This document shows, piece after piece, positions 1 through 9,990 of a stretch of DNA of 64,000 nucleotides. Position 1 is the stretch's first letter, and every line of letters begins with the position of its first letter. The translations under genes were made by a program, and so were the position numbers. The notes under the pieces are model-generated. The model saw only the letters and a program-made list of their open reading frames with translations, made no database searches and had not been told where the DNA came from. This DNA comes from an uncultured Eubacteriales bacterium (lineage in GTDB: Bacteria; Bacillota; Clostridia; Lachnospirales; Lachnospiraceae), in contig CATOIK010000006.1 of NCBI GenBank assembly GCA_951800645.1, positions 25,508-89,507 of the forward strand. The letters are read 5' to 3'.

Positions 1-714
1 CAGGGCTATCACGATGATGCAGTTCCGGAAGCCGGCGTATTTGCCTCAGCATCTTCCTTACGGGAGATTTTGCGGGATGAAGCTTCCGCCAGTTCTTCTG
101 CTCTGTTTTCCAGACATACCAATCCGGAATCCCTCAGCCGCCTCCAGGAGCTGCTGCCCCCAGGCACATTTCACGCCCTTCTTGCAGAAGACGCTTTAAA
201 GGCTCCTGTTTTTGCAGATGATCTGTCTGGTCTGCTGCAATACCGACTTCTTTCCGCCCTGCACCAGGGAGAAGATTTAAGCCGCTACGCAGACCTTTCC
301 CCGGAGCTGTCTGCCCGATTGACCAGGCTGGCCCTGACTCCTGCCTCCTTTACAGAGCGAATTCAACAATTAAAGACAAGAAACCTCACTTACACCCGCA
401 TCAGCCGGGCCCTGCTTCATCTGGTGCTGGGCATTACAGATAAAGATATGGCAACTGCCCGGCAGGCAGACTTTGTCTCCTTCATCCGCATTCTCGGCTT
501 TCAGAAAGAGGCGGCGCCTCTGCTCTCCGCCATCAAAAAAGCTGCCGCAGTCCCTCTGGTAAGTAAGGTGGCCGACGCCGGCCAAAGCCTTTCTCCAGAA
601 GCCATGCAGCAGCTAAACCGCAGCCTCTATGCGTCCCATCTCTACCAGTCTCTGGTGTTCCAGAAGGGGCGCGGCATGAAAAATGAATTTACAAAATCCG
701 TGATCATTCTTTAA
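1..714 (+). CDS. tmcAL: tRNA(Met) cytidine acetate ligase / HIGH-nucleotidyltransferase family (YlbM-like), 5'-truncated by the window edge
   Basis: Frame 1 is open from base 1 (QGYHDDAVPEAGVFASASSLRE); C-terminal LKTRNLTYTRISRALLH and IRILGF motifs are typical of the family. Confidence 0.75.
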   Translation, partial: QGYHDDAVPEAGVFASASSLREILRDEASASSSALFSRHTNPESLSRLQELLPPGTFHALLAEDALKAPVFADDLSGLLQYRLLSALHQGEDLSRYADLSPELSARLTRLALTPASFTERIQQLKTRNLTYTRISRALLHLVLGITDKDMATARQADFVSFIRILGFQKEAAPLLSAIKKAAAVPLVSKVADAGQSLSPEAMQQLNRSLYASHLYQSLVFQKGRGMKNEFTKSVIIL

Positions 715-1897
715 TCTCTCCCCAGAACAGCCGGGCCAGGGCAGGTTCTAAATGGTACGCCTCCAGAATCTCCCGGATCTGGCTTTCGTTTTTCTTTCTT
801 CTGCCATCGTATACCGCCCGAATCAGAATGTTCTTGGGAGTGTGTTCCATGTCGATAAATTCCAGGATCTGGGTCCGGTAGCCCTGGTTTTCCAAAAGCT
901 CCGCCCGCAGTGCATCTGTGTAAAGGGCAGCCAGCCGCTCCTTAATAAGGCCGTACTGCAGCACCGGCTTCATCTGATCATTTTGAATCTGCCGGTTTAA
1001 CTCATGCTGACAGCAGGGCACAGAAAGAATCACCTTGGCGCCCCAGCGGACTGCCTTTTCCAGGGCATAGTCCGTAGCCGTATCACAGGCGTGAAGGGTC
1101 ACCACCATATCCACATGGTCTACCCCCTCATAGCTGGCAATGTCTCCGTGATAAAATTTCAGTTTTTCATATCCGTACTGCTCTGCCAGCCGGTTGCACC
1201 GGTTAATCACATCCTGCTTTAAATCCAATCCGATAATCCGCACCGGATAGCCTTTCAACTGGCTTAAATAGTGATACATAGCAAAGGTCAGATAAGACTT
1301 TCCGCAGCCAAAGTCAATGATGGTAGTCTCCCGGCCCTTGTCCAGATTAGGCAGAATGTCCTCGATAAACTCCAGGAACCGGTTAATCTGGCGGAACTTA
1401 TCATAGCGGGCCCGGACAATCTTTCCTTCAGCAGTCATCACTCCAAGGTCTGTAAGGAAAGGCACCGGGACGCCTTCCTCCAGCACATACCGTTTTTTCC
1501 GGTTGTGAACCAGCTTTTCCAGATTTTCCGGATTCGCCGTTTTAGAACATCGCTCCTCTACTGCCGGTTTTAATTCCTTTACCCGAACTGTTATGGTTCC
1601 TTTTTTACTTGCCAGCACAACAGCGCTGCCCAATTCTGAAAATACCTCCGCGTTGCGGAATTTCTCTGTCAAAAGCTCACTGACATAGGCAAATAGCTCC
1701 TCTGGCAGCAGATTCTTGTGAAAGGCCTGTTTTCCCACCAGCTCCTCCGCCTGGAACATGAGGCGTCCCCGGAGGCTGACCGGGCGAAGACGAACCTTCT
1801 GAGGGCCTTCTGCGGTTCTGGGATTGCTGATAATGATCTGGGTCAACTGCGGGTTGGCAAAGGCCGCCAGCATAGTTTCCAAAGTATATTGTTTCAT
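704..1897 (-). CDS. Class I SAM-dependent methyltransferase (Methyltransf_32-like)
   Basis: IIDFGCGKSYLTF SAM motif; LHACDTATD and VPCCQHE motifs. Confidence 0.85.
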   Translation of the reverse strand: MKQYTLETMLAAFANPQLTQIIISNPRTAEGPQKVRLRPVSLRGRLMFQAEELVGKQAFHKNLLPEELFAYVSELLTEKFRNAEVFSELGSAVVLASKKGTITVRVKELKPAVEERCSKTANPENLEKLVHNRKKRYVLEEGVPVPFLTDLGVMTAEGKIVRARYDKFRQINRFLEFIEDILPNLDKGRETTIIDFGCGKSYLTFAMYHYLSQLKGYPVRIIGLDLKQDVINRCNRLAEQYGYEKLKFYHGDIASYEGVDHVDMVVTLHACDTATDYALEKAVRWGAKVILSVPCCQHELNRQIQNDQMKPVLQYGLIKERLAALYTDALRAELLENQGYRTQILEFIDMEHTPKNILIRAVYDGRRKKNESQIREILEAYHLEPALARLFWGEIKE

Positions 1898-1916
1898 ATC
1901 AAAATTCCTTTATTCT

Positions 1917-2052
1917 GAAACGGCTGCCTTCCCCACTGGCTTTCGCCAGCAGGGACTCGTCGGGAATATCTCCGATGCACTTCGCTTCATAAAAGAACCG
2001 GCTTACAAGCAAGCTTGACGCCGGTTCTTCCATGAAACGGATTCGCCGTTTC
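1917..2052 (-). ncRNA. Structured four-stem intergenic element, copy 1 (Clostridiales-1-like)
   Basis: Minus strand: closing stem GAAACGGC/GCCGTTTC; P2 AAGAACCGGC..CAAG-CTTG-CTTG..GCCGGTTCTT; P3 CATCGGAG-ATATT-CCCGACG; P4 CTGGC-GAAA-GCCAG. Confidence 0.6.
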
Positions 2053-2062
2053 TATTTTTCGT

Positions 2063-3427
2063 TTAGTTTTTAAAGCTGTGAATCGGTGCCGGAATCCGGC
2101 CGCCCCGGTTTACAAACTTCTCACAGGAATACTGGTTTACCGGCATGACCGGAGCATAGCCCAGCAGACCGCCAAACTCTACGGTATCTCCCACGCCTTT
2201 TCCAATCACCGGAATAATCCGGACTGCAGTAGTCTTCTGGTTTATCATACCAATGGCTGCTTCGTCCGCAATAATGCCGGAAATGGTAGACGGGGTGGTG
2301 TCGCCGGGGATGGCAATCATATCCAGTCCTACGGAGCAGACGCAGGTCATGGCCTCTAACTTCTCCAAAGTCAAAGCGCCGAGAGAAACTGCGTCAATCA
2401 TGCCCTGGTCCTCGCTGACCGGGATAAACGCACCGCTTAAGCCGCCTACATAAGAGGAAGCCATAACGCCGCCCTTCTTTACCTGGTCGTTTAACATAGC
2501 CAAAGCTGCGGTGGTGCCGGGAGCGCCAACCCGCTCCAGACCAATTTCCTCTAAAATCTCAGCCACCGAATCTCCCACTGCCGGAGTGGGAGCCAAAGAC
2601 AAATCAATAATGCCAAAGGGAACCCCCAACCGTTTGGACGCTTCCTGGGCCACCAGCTGGCCTACACGGGTAATCTTAAAGGCCGTCTTCTTAATGGTTT
2701 CGCAAAGCACCTCAAAATTCTCGCCTCTGGCCTTCTCAAGTGCCACCTTTACTACGCCGGGGCCGCTGACGCCTACATTAATGATAGCGTCCGCCTCCGT
2801 TACGCCGTGAAAGGCGCCTGCCATAAAGGGATTATCGTCCGGAGCGTTGCAGAATACCACCAGCTTGGCGCAGCCCAGAGAATCGCTTTCCCTGGTGGCC
2901 TTTGCAGTCTCCACCACAATCTCACCCATCAGCCGCACTGCATCCATGTTAAGGCCGGTCTTGGTAGAGCCTACATTGATGGAGCTGCACACCCGTTCTG
3001 TAGAAGCCAGAGCCTTGGGAATAGAGCGGATCAGATTCTCCTCCGCCTGGGTCATGCCTTTGCACACCAGAGCCGAGTAGCCGCCAATAAAGTTTACTCC
3101 AACCTCTTTCGCCGCCTTATCCAGAGTCTGGGCAATGGTAACAAAATCGTCCGGAGTCTTGCAGGCGCAGCCGCCTACCAGCGCAATAGGAGTAACGGAA
3201 ATCCGCTTATTGACAATCGGAACGCCAAAGTCTCTGGCAATCTCCTCGCCGGTGGACACCAGATTCCGGGCATATGTGGTGATTTTTTTGTAAATCTTTT
3301 CGTTCAGCGCATTCAGATCAGAATCGCAGCAGTCCAGCAGGCTGATGCCCATGGTAATGGTGCGCACATCCAGCTTTTCGTGCTCGATCATATTGTTGGT
3401 CTCGATTACTTCAAACATATTCAGCAT
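2063..3427 (-). CDS. PFL-like family protein (UPF0210/DUF711)
   Basis: [52 protein letters not shown]; start moved to ATG 3427 after an AAGGTGG RBS. Confidence 0.9.
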   Translation of the reverse strand: MLNMFEVIETNNMIEHEKLDVRTITMGISLLDCCDSDLNALNEKIYKKITTYARNLVSTGEEIARDFGVPIVNKRISVTPIALVGGCACKTPDDFVTIAQTLDKAAKEVGVNFIGGYSALVCKGMTQAEENLIRSIPKALASTERVCSSINVGSTKTGLNMDAVRLMGEIVVETAKATRESDSLGCAKLVVFCNAPDDNPFMAGAFHGVTEADAIINVGVSGPGVVKVALEKARGENFEVLCETIKKTAFKITRVGQLVAQEASKRLGVPFGIIDLSLAPTPAVGDSVAEILEEIGLERVGAPGTTAALAMLNDQVKKGGVMASSYVGGLSGAFIPVSEDQGMIDAVSLGALTLEKLEAMTCVCSVGLDMIAIPGDTTPSTISGIIADEAAIGMINQKTTAVRIIPVIGKGVGDTVEFGGLLGYAPVMPVNQYSCEKFVNRGGRIPAPIHSFKN

Positions 3428-3502
3428 TTCTGATTCCACCTTTTCCTGTTGTGATAAACGGCTAGCCTTTCATGGGCCAGCCGCGCAAACTATGGTTCCG
3501 CC

Positions 3503-3775
3503 TTAAATGCGGTGCATTTTTAAGAAAATTTCTTCTCTCTGGCACTTTACTGCAACGCCGATTTCCTGACCCAGGTTTTCCAGACCCTCAGAGATTTCCT
3601 CAAAGGTGCCGGAAGCCTTCTCCATGTCTGCAATCATCATCATATTAAAGTACTCCTGAACGATGGTCTGGGAAATGTCCATCACATTTACATTCATCTG
3701 GGCCAGATAGGTGCATACCCGGGCGATGATGCCCACTGTATCTTTTCCTACTACCGTAATGATCACTTTGCTCAT
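3503..3775 (-). CDS. ACT-domain protein (UPF0237)
   Basis: ITVVGKDTVGIIA...DISQTI...REEIFLKMHRI; usual partner of DUF711. Confidence 0.9.
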   Translation of the reverse strand: MSKVIITVVGKDTVGIIARVCTYLAQMNVNVMDISQTIVQEYFNMMMIADMEKASGTFEEISEGLENLGQEIGVAVKCQREEIFLKMHRI

Positions 3776-3835
3776 AATTGGTTTCCGCCTTTCTTTTTTC
3801 GCAAAACATATTGTTTTTATGTAAGGTATAACAAA

Positions 3836-4633
3836 TTATAAAGTTACAATCTGGGACATGGCATCCCGCCCTGCCACCTCAATGGCAAAATCCCGTGAGC
3901 TGTAGGGGCAGTCTCCCTGGTCTATCTCCAGCTTTACCGTCTCATAGGCCAACTCCTCGAAATTGTTTTCCTTGCTTAAATGGCCCAGGAAAATATGTTT
4001 CAGACGGTCATGGAGAATGTGGTTTAAAAGCCGCCCTGCATTTTCATTGGAAAGATGGCCGTGATCGCTTAAAATACGCCGTTTCAGATAATAAGGGTAA
4101 GGGCCTGTTTCCAGCATGTTCACATCGTGGTTGGCCTCCAGCAAAATAGCGTCCAGTCCCTGAAGATGCTCAATGATATATTGATTAAAATGGCCCATAT
4201 CCGTTGCCACTGCTACAGACTTTTTTCCGTTCTGCACCCGGTAAGCCACCGGATTTGCCGCATCGTGGTCAATAGAAAAGGGCTGAATCGTTAAATCTCC
4301 TACGGTAAAATAGACATCCGGGCTTACAGGCTTTAACAGTTCCCTTGGAAATACTCCCAGAGACGAAGAAGACGCGATCTCCTCCAGGGTCTCCCTGGTT
4401 CCGTAAATCGGCATCCCATGTTTTCTGGCTAACACCCCCAGCCCCCGGATATGGTCCGAATGCTCGTGGGTGATTACTACGCCGGATAAATCGCTGCCCT
4501 TTACGCCAATCTCGTTTAAGCCCTGCTCAATCCGCTTGTTGCTGATGCCGGCATCCACCAGAATGTGGGTGTTCTCCGACCCGATATAAATACAGTTGCC
4601 GCTGCTGCCGCTGGCAATGCTGACGAATCTCAT
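3836..4633 (-). CDS. MBL-fold metallo-hydrolase (WalJ/YycJ-like)
   Basis: SIASGSSGNC, THEHSDH, HDA, LEANHD, GHLSNE, LGHLS motifs. Confidence 0.85.
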   Translation of the reverse strand: MRFVSIASGSSGNCIYIGSENTHILVDAGISNKRIEQGLNEIGVKGSDLSGVVITHEHSDHIRGLGVLARKHGMPIYGTRETLEEIASSSSLGVFPRELLKPVSPDVYFTVGDLTIQPFSIDHDAANPVAYRVQNGKKSVAVATDMGHFNQYIIEHLQGLDAILLEANHDVNMLETGPYPYYLKRRILSDHGHLSNENAGRLLNHILHDRLKHIFLGHLSKENNFEELAYETVKLEIDQGDCPYSSRDFAIEVAGRDAMSQIVTL

Positions 4634-5211
4634 GTGTCCCATTCCTCCATCATCCCGGCGATCTGCCGTCTTACATCCTCCACAGTGCCGTTGTTGTCCA
4701 GCACTGCGTCTGACAGCTTTAAAAAGTAATCACGCCCTGGCTGATTTTTCATAATATCCAGGCATTTTTCCCTGGAATAGCCCCGGCCCTCCATCAGACG
4801 ATGGATCCTGTTTTCTTCACTGGTGTCCACAAACACCAGCTTCTCACAGATTTCCCGGCTGGCTTCATCAAACAAAGCTGCCTCTACCACAGTAAAGGCA
4901 CTCTGCTCCTGGCAAATCCTGTCTTTAATGGCCTGCCAGGTCATCGGATGAATAATCCGGTTTACCATTTCAAGCGCCGCCCGGTCTTTGTATATCCGGC
5001 AGGCAAAGGCAGCCTTGTCAAGACGCCCCCGGCTGTCCAGGATGGACTCTCCAAATGCTTCCACAAGGGCTGTAAGGCCGGGCCTCCCCGGCTCCTCCAG
5101 TTCTTTGGCTACTTCATCTGCCTGAATAATCCGGGCGTCGTAATCTTCTTTCAAAATTTCCAGAATCCGGCTTTTTCCTGCGCCAATACCGCCGGTAATC
5201 CCGATTACCAT
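4630..5211 (-). CDS. coaE: Dephospho-CoA kinase
   Basis: IGITGGIGAGKS P-loop, IIHP, RLMEGRG. Confidence 0.92.
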   Translation of the reverse strand: MVIGITGGIGAGKSRILEILKEDYDARIIQADEVAKELEEPGRPGLTALVEAFGESILDSRGRLDKAAFACRIYKDRAALEMVNRIIHPMTWQAIKDRICQEQSAFTVVEAALFDEASREICEKLVFVDTSEENRIHRLMEGRGYSREKCLDIMKNQPGRDYFLKLSDAVLDNNGTVEDVRRQIAGMMEEWDT

Positions 5212-5212
5212 A

Positions 5213-5680
5213 TTAACTGCCCTGTTTGCCGTTTTTGCGGTTCTCCTGCTGCTTTAACAGGGACAGCAGCAAGCTTTTGGAAATGCTCACATTCTCTCCG
5301 TAAGGATTGATGACAAAGCCTTTTAAATCATTGACATTGCGAATCAGAATATTTCCGAAATCCTCCATAGTCATAATAAGAGCCTGACCGTGGGTGCCGT
5401 CCTCGTTCCATTTATTGTATTCTTCCATATCGGTGAAGGCCAGATAATACCGGTCTCCCTCTGTATTCTGAATATGCTCAAATTTGATTCTGGTAGCAGG
5501 GCCTTTCTGCTCCATTAGAACGGTTTCCCGCAAAATGGGGGACAAAAGCTTTGCATCCATTAAGGCTGCTGCCATAACGCCCCTGGTGTAAGCGTTGTCA
5601 TTCTTCACCACGTCCTGCATAGCCTGTACCAGTTTCGGATTTGTAATATTGTCTGCAGATGGATTCATTTGATGGTTCAT
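5213..5680 (-). CDS. SseB N-terminal-domain family protein
   Basis: YYLAFTDMEEYNKW and GFVINPYG motifs; start set at ATG 5680 after GAGAGG. Confidence 0.7.
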   Translation of the reverse strand: MNHQMNPSADNITNPKLVQAMQDVVKNDNAYTRGVMAAALMDAKLLSPILRETVLMEQKGPATRIKFEHIQNTEGDRYYLAFTDMEEYNKWNEDGTHGQALIMTMEDFGNILIRNVNDLKGFVINPYGENVSISKSLLLSLLKQQENRKNGKQGS

Positions 5681-5712
5681 ATCAGATTGTCCTCTCTTTT
5701 CATGCATAGTAC

Positions 5713-5845
5713 ATAGCTGTTCCATCCCTTCACAGCCATATGCCAAAATTCATTTAAAATTGCCTGCGGCAATGGGATTTTGGCATACAAGTTAAGGTTT
5801 TCCTACGGTCAGCGCAGTAAATGCGCAGACCTGCTGAACAGTTAC
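5713..5845. mobile_element. Degenerate MITE-like insertion with 8-bp target-site duplication
   Basis: CATAGTAC at 5705-5712 and 5846-5853; imperfect terminal inverted repeats ATAGCTGTTC / GAACAGTTAC; two internal hairpins. Confidence 0.55.
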
Positions 5846-5947
5846 CATAGTACATTAGATTACTATACCATATTTTCCTTGACAAATACAATGAAAAGTG
5901 GGAAACTTTTTAGAAAAAATTAGTGTTACTGTTCTGGAGAGATCTTT

Positions 5948-6634
5948 ATGAAATACGAACACATGACGCCGGCCGTGTTTTTAGAGCGGCCCAATCGTTT
6001 TATTGCCTATGCAGACCTAAATGGGATCCGGGTGAAATGCCATGTAAAAAACACTGGACGATGCAAAGAGCTGCTGCTGCCCGGCACAGAAATTATCCTG
6101 CAGCACCACCCGGACGCCGCCTTAACCGGACGCAGCACCGATTATTCCCTGATCAGCGTTTACAAGGAAACAGCCCAGGGCCGCATCCTGATCAACATGG
6201 ACTCCCAGGCCCCCAACCAGGCGGCTTACGAGTGGCTTTTAAGCCAGGGGATTACGCCCCGGCGGGAAGTAACCTGGGGTTCCTCCCGGATTGACCTGGC
6301 CTTTGAAAAAGAGGGCCGTTTCTCCCTGATGGAGGTAAAAGGCGTCACTTTAGAAGATCATGGCATGGCCCGGTTCCCCGACGCCCCCACAGAGCGAGGC
6401 GTCAAGCATCTTAAGGAACTGAGCCGGGCAGCCGCAGAAGGTGTCCCCTCCTACACCCTGTTTGTCATCGCCATGAAAGGGATTTACGGCTTTGAAGCCA
6501 ACCGGGCCACTCACCCGGAGTTTGCAGACGCCCTGTCCCAGGCAGCGGCAGCCGGAGTACAAATCCTGGCCTATGACTGCATCATAACTCCAGATTCCAT
6601 GGAAATAGACAAACCGGTGCCGGTGCTGCTTTAA
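5948..6634 (+). CDS. sfsA: DNA/RNA nuclease SfsA
   Basis: RPNRF, HVKNTGRCKELL, EVKGVTL, FPDAPTERGVKHLKEL. Confidence 0.93.
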   Translation: MKYEHMTPAVFLERPNRFIAYADLNGIRVKCHVKNTGRCKELLLPGTEIILQHHPDAALTGRSTDYSLISVYKETAQGRILINMDSQAPNQAAYEWLLSQGITPRREVTWGSSRIDLAFEKEGRFSLMEVKGVTLEDHGMARFPDAPTERGVKHLKELSRAAAEGVPSYTLFVIAMKGIYGFEANRATHPEFADALSQAAAAGVQILAYDCIITPDSMEIDKPVPVLL

Positions 6635-6656
6635 TACAGCGCCGACACCGGTTCTT

Positions 6657-9326
6657 TTATTTTGCATCCAGCCAGTTATCTCCCCTGTGGGCCTCCACCT
6701 CCAGCGCCACCTGAAGCTCCGCCGCATGTTTCATAAGGCTGGTCAGAAGCTCCGTCACTTCTTCCACTTCACTTTCATGAGATTCCACCAGAAGTTCATC
6801 GTGAACCTGCAGCACAATCCGGGATTTTAAATTCCGGCTGCGCAGTTCCCGATCCACAGAGATCATAGCCAATTTCATAATATCCGCAGCCGTACCCTGA
6901 ATAGGAGAATTCATGGCTACCCGCTCCCCAAAGGAACGCTGCATGAAATTAGCAGACTTCAGCTCCGGAATCGGCCGTTTTCTTCCAAACATGGTAGTTA
7001 CAAATCCATGCTCCTTTCCCAAAGCCACCTGCTCATCCAGGAAGGTTTTTACCCCCGGATATGTCTCAAAATACTTGTTGATATACTCCAGGGCCTCTTT
7101 CCGGCTGATGCTTAAGTCCTCGCTGAGGCCAAAGGCGCTGATGCCGTATACGATGCCGAAGTTTACTGCCTTGGCATTCCGCCGCTGTAAGGATGTCACC
7201 TCATTAAGAGGCGTGTGGAACACCTCAGACGCCGTAATGGCGTGAATATCCTGAGCGTCCCGGTAGGCATGAATCAGCCGCTCGTCTCCTGACATATGGG
7301 CCAGAATCCGCAGCTCAATCTGGGAGTAATCTGCGTCTACAAACACATAGCCGTCCTCTGGCACAAATACCTTCCGGATGGCCCTTCCCAGCTCCATCCG
7401 TACCGGAATGTTCTGCAGATTCGGCTCCGTGCTGCTGATACGGCCTGTGGCTGTAATGGTCTGATTAAACTTTCCGTGAATCCGCCCATCCTCCTGGATA
7501 TAAACTGCCAGTCCCTGGGCGTAGGTGGAATTTAACTTTGTCAGTTGCCGGTAGTCCAGAATCATCCGCACAATGGGATAATCCGGGGCCAGCTTTTCCA
7601 GCACATCTGCAGCCGTAGAATACCCGGTTTTCGTCTTCTTTCCGTGAGGCAGCTCCATCTGCTCAAATAAAATCTCCCCCAGCTGCTTGGGAGAATTGAT
7701 GTTGAAGGTCTCCCCGGCCAGTTCATAAATTTCCTGTTCCAGCTTATCAATCTTTACCTGCAGCATTTCTCCGTAGGATTTCAGCTGCTCCTTATCTACC
7801 CGGACACCGGCCTGTTCCATATGATAAAGGCTGTAAATCAGCGGCATTTCAATAGAAAGGAACAGCTTTAACATGCCTTCTTCTTCCAGCTTTTCCTTCA
7901 GAACAGGAAAGGATTTCCAGGCAATATAAGCCATATAGCAGGCGCAGTTTACCGCCCGCCCATCCTGATTCCTCATGGCTGCAGCCAGGGATTCCTTTCC
8001 CAAAAGGTCTGCTTTAGAAGGTATTGTAAGGCCAAGATAGTCCCTGGCAATGTCATCGTAATCATAGGTATCCTTTAAGGGATTTAACAAATATCCGGCC
8101 ACCCCTGCATCCAGAATGGGGCTGTCGTAATCCAGCTTCAGACTGGGTAGCTGAGCCTTTAAATCCAGGGTATTTACTGTATAATAATCTGCTGCTTGCA
8201 CATCCCCCGGCTTCTTGCGGTTCTCAATCAGAGCCTGCACCTTTCCTGCCAGATACGCTCCTGTCATAAAGCCGGAAACCGGAATGCCGTAGATTTCTTC
8301 CTCTCCAAAGCAGATTCCCAGGCCGCCGATACCCGCTCCGTCCAGCACCATCTGAAAGCCCACCTGCTCTGCCTTCCCGGCACGCTCAAACACAGATTCC
8401 GCTCCGTTTAAATCCTCCACCGTCCAGAAGTGCTCCTCCATAGAGCTGTCCCCTGCGGCAGATGCATCGAACCGGGCTAAAATGGACTTGAATTCCAGCC
8501 GCTTCATATACTGGTAAGCTTCCGGCGTGTAAAGGTTTCCGATTTCCGCATCCTCGTAGGAAAACGAAATGGGACAGTCCAGACAGATAGTAGCCAGCTC
8601 CTTGCTCATTACCGCCATATCGTAATGCTCTCCCAACGCCTTCTGTGCTCTGGGCGGCTTGATCTCGCTTAAATGGGCGTAGGCGTTCTCAATGCTTCCG
8701 TAAGCCACAATCAGGTTGGTGGCCGTCTTTTCTCCGATGGACGGCACGCCGGGAATATTGTCGGAGGAATCTCCCATCAAAGCCTTTACATCAATAAACT
8801 CCACTGGCGTCACCTGATACTCCCGCTTTACATCCTCCGGATAGTAATCGTGAATTTCCGTCCCGCCCCGGCTGGTTTTGGGAATCCGGATTTTGATGTT
8901 CTTGTCTGCTAACTGCAGCAGATCCCGGTCGCCGGAAACCACAGACACCTCCATCCCTGCTGCCTGGCTGCGTTTGGAGACGGTTCCCAGAATATCATCT
9001 GCCTCGTAACCGGCCATAGTCAGAATCGGTACTCCCATGGCAGTCAGCACTTCCTTCATAAGAGGCACCTGCTCCCGCAGCTCCTCCGGCATAGGCTTTC
9101 TGGTGCCCTTGTACTCTGCATACATTTTGTGGCGGAAGGTAGGCTCCTTTAAGTCAAAGGCCACAGCCAGATGGTCTGCCTTCTCCTCTTCCAGAATTTT
9201 GAACATAATATTGAGGAACCCATACACCGCATTGGTGTGGAGCCCTTCAGCGTTTGTCAAATCCGGCACCCCATAAAAGGCCCGGTTTAAAATGCTGTGT
9301 CCGTCAATCAGCACCAGTTTTCCCAT
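6657..9326 (-). CDS. polA: DNA polymerase I
   Basis: LIDGHSILNRAFY 5'-exonuclease start, DYSQIELR, AKAVNFGIVYG, LQVHDEL; ATG 9326 after AGGAG. Confidence 0.97.
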   Translation of the reverse strand: MGKLVLIDGHSILNRAFYGVPDLTNAEGLHTNAVYGFLNIMFKILEEEKADHLAVAFDLKEPTFRHKMYAEYKGTRKPMPEELREQVPLMKEVLTAMGVPILTMAGYEADDILGTVSKRSQAAGMEVSVVSGDRDLLQLADKNIKIRIPKTSRGGTEIHDYYPEDVKREYQVTPVEFIDVKALMGDSSDNIPGVPSIGEKTATNLIVAYGSIENAYAHLSEIKPPRAQKALGEHYDMAVMSKELATICLDCPISFSYEDAEIGNLYTPEAYQYMKRLEFKSILARFDASAAGDSSMEEHFWTVEDLNGAESVFERAGKAEQVGFQMVLDGAGIGGLGICFGEEEIYGIPVSGFMTGAYLAGKVQALIENRKKPGDVQAADYYTVNTLDLKAQLPSLKLDYDSPILDAGVAGYLLNPLKDTYDYDDIARDYLGLTIPSKADLLGKESLAAAMRNQDGRAVNCACYMAYIAWKSFPVLKEKLEEEGMLKLFLSIEMPLIYSLYHMEQAGVRVDKEQLKSYGEMLQVKIDKLEQEIYELAGETFNINSPKQLGEILFEQMELPHGKKTKTGYSTAADVLEKLAPDYPIVRMILDYRQLTKLNSTYAQGLAVYIQEDGRIHGKFNQTITATGRISSTEPNLQNIPVRMELGRAIRKVFVPEDGYVFVDADYSQIELRILAHMSGDERLIHAYRDAQDIHAITASEVFHTPLNEVTSLQRRNAKAVNFGIVYGISAFGLSEDLSISRKEALEYINKYFETYPGVKTFLDEQVALGKEHGFVTTMFGRKRPIPELKSANFMQRSFGERVAMNSPIQGTAADIMKLAMISVDRELRSRNLKSRIVLQVHDELLVESHESEVEEVTELLTSLMKHAAELQVALEVEAHRGDNWLDAK

Positions 9327-9349
9327 ATCAGCAAATCTCCTCTTTTCCT

Positions 9350-9706
9350 TTAAAACCACCCCTGCTGCATCCAGATCCGGACCTGCATAAACAGCATAAC
9401 CAGCACACCGGTTACGGTCAGGGTGTTTACCGCATAGCAAATAACTTTTCTAAGCCGCACCGCCCGCACCTTCATCCAGGCCAGATCCAGGCTATCTGAG
9501 AGAGCGCCGGTAATGTCAAAGGCGCCGGTTCCTGCATCCAACTGCCTGAGGCCTACCGACACCGTATAATAAATTTCCAGTTCTTCCCTGCACTCCGGGC
9601 AGGAATTTACATGGGCCAGAAATGCTTCCAGTTCCTTTTCCCCCAGCTGATAATTGATATACGGCATTACCATCTTTTCTGCTTCCTTGCAGGTCAGCTT
9701 TCCCAC
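9350..9706 (-). CDS. zf-HC2 (anti-sigma-like zinc finger) membrane protein
   Basis: C..HVNSCPEC (HxxxCxxC) plus one C-terminal hydrophobic helix. Confidence 0.75.
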   Translation of the reverse strand: MGKLTCKEAEKMVMPYINYQLGEKELEAFLAHVNSCPECREELEIYYTVSVGLRQLDAGTGAFDITGALSDSLDLAWMKVRAVRLRKVICYAVNTLTVTGVLVMLFMQVRIWMQQGWF

Positions 9707-9804
9707 GGTCTTCCCTCCCCTGTGATTTTCAGCCGTTTAAAAGCAGCCGAACAGTTATTCTAATCATACACTAATCAGATAGGATTTTCAATCATAAAAA
9801 CTGC

Positions 9805-9833
9805 TTGCCAAATCTCCGCTCCTGTGCTACAAT
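9805..9833 (+). promoter_or_regulatory. SigA promoter of tRNA-Leu
   Basis: TTGCCA-17 bp-TACAAT with extended TG. Confidence 0.75.
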
Positions 9834-9851
9834 AATGCCGTTGTGAAGTAC

Positions 9852-9934
9852 GCCGGCGTGGCGGAATGGCAGACGCATCAGACTCAAAATCTGACGGGGG
9901 CAACCTCGTGCCGGTTCGAGTCCGGCTGCCGGCA
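9852..9934 (+). tRNA. tRNA-Leu (CAA)
   Basis: Acceptor GCCGGCG/TGCCGGC, anticodon arm TCAGA-CTCAAAA-TCTGA, long variable arm, GGTTCGAGTCC T-arm; CCA not encoded. Confidence 0.96.
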
Positions 9935-9945
9935 CTACTTGGCCG

Positions 9946-9990
9946 AGAAGGGCATGAACATGCAGCAATGCAGGTTCATGCCCTTCTTTT
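9946..9990 (+). terminator. Intrinsic terminator after tRNA-Leu
   Basis: AGAAGGGCATGAAC...GTTCATGCCCTTCT followed by a T tract. Confidence 0.8.

Noticed and set aside
9327-9440. N-terminal extensions given by the ORF track (polA; also rapZ, ribF, oppB/C, M42-B, sleC)
   Set aside because: They overlap neighbouring genes or promoters; downstream ATGs have good RBSs and family-typical N-termini.
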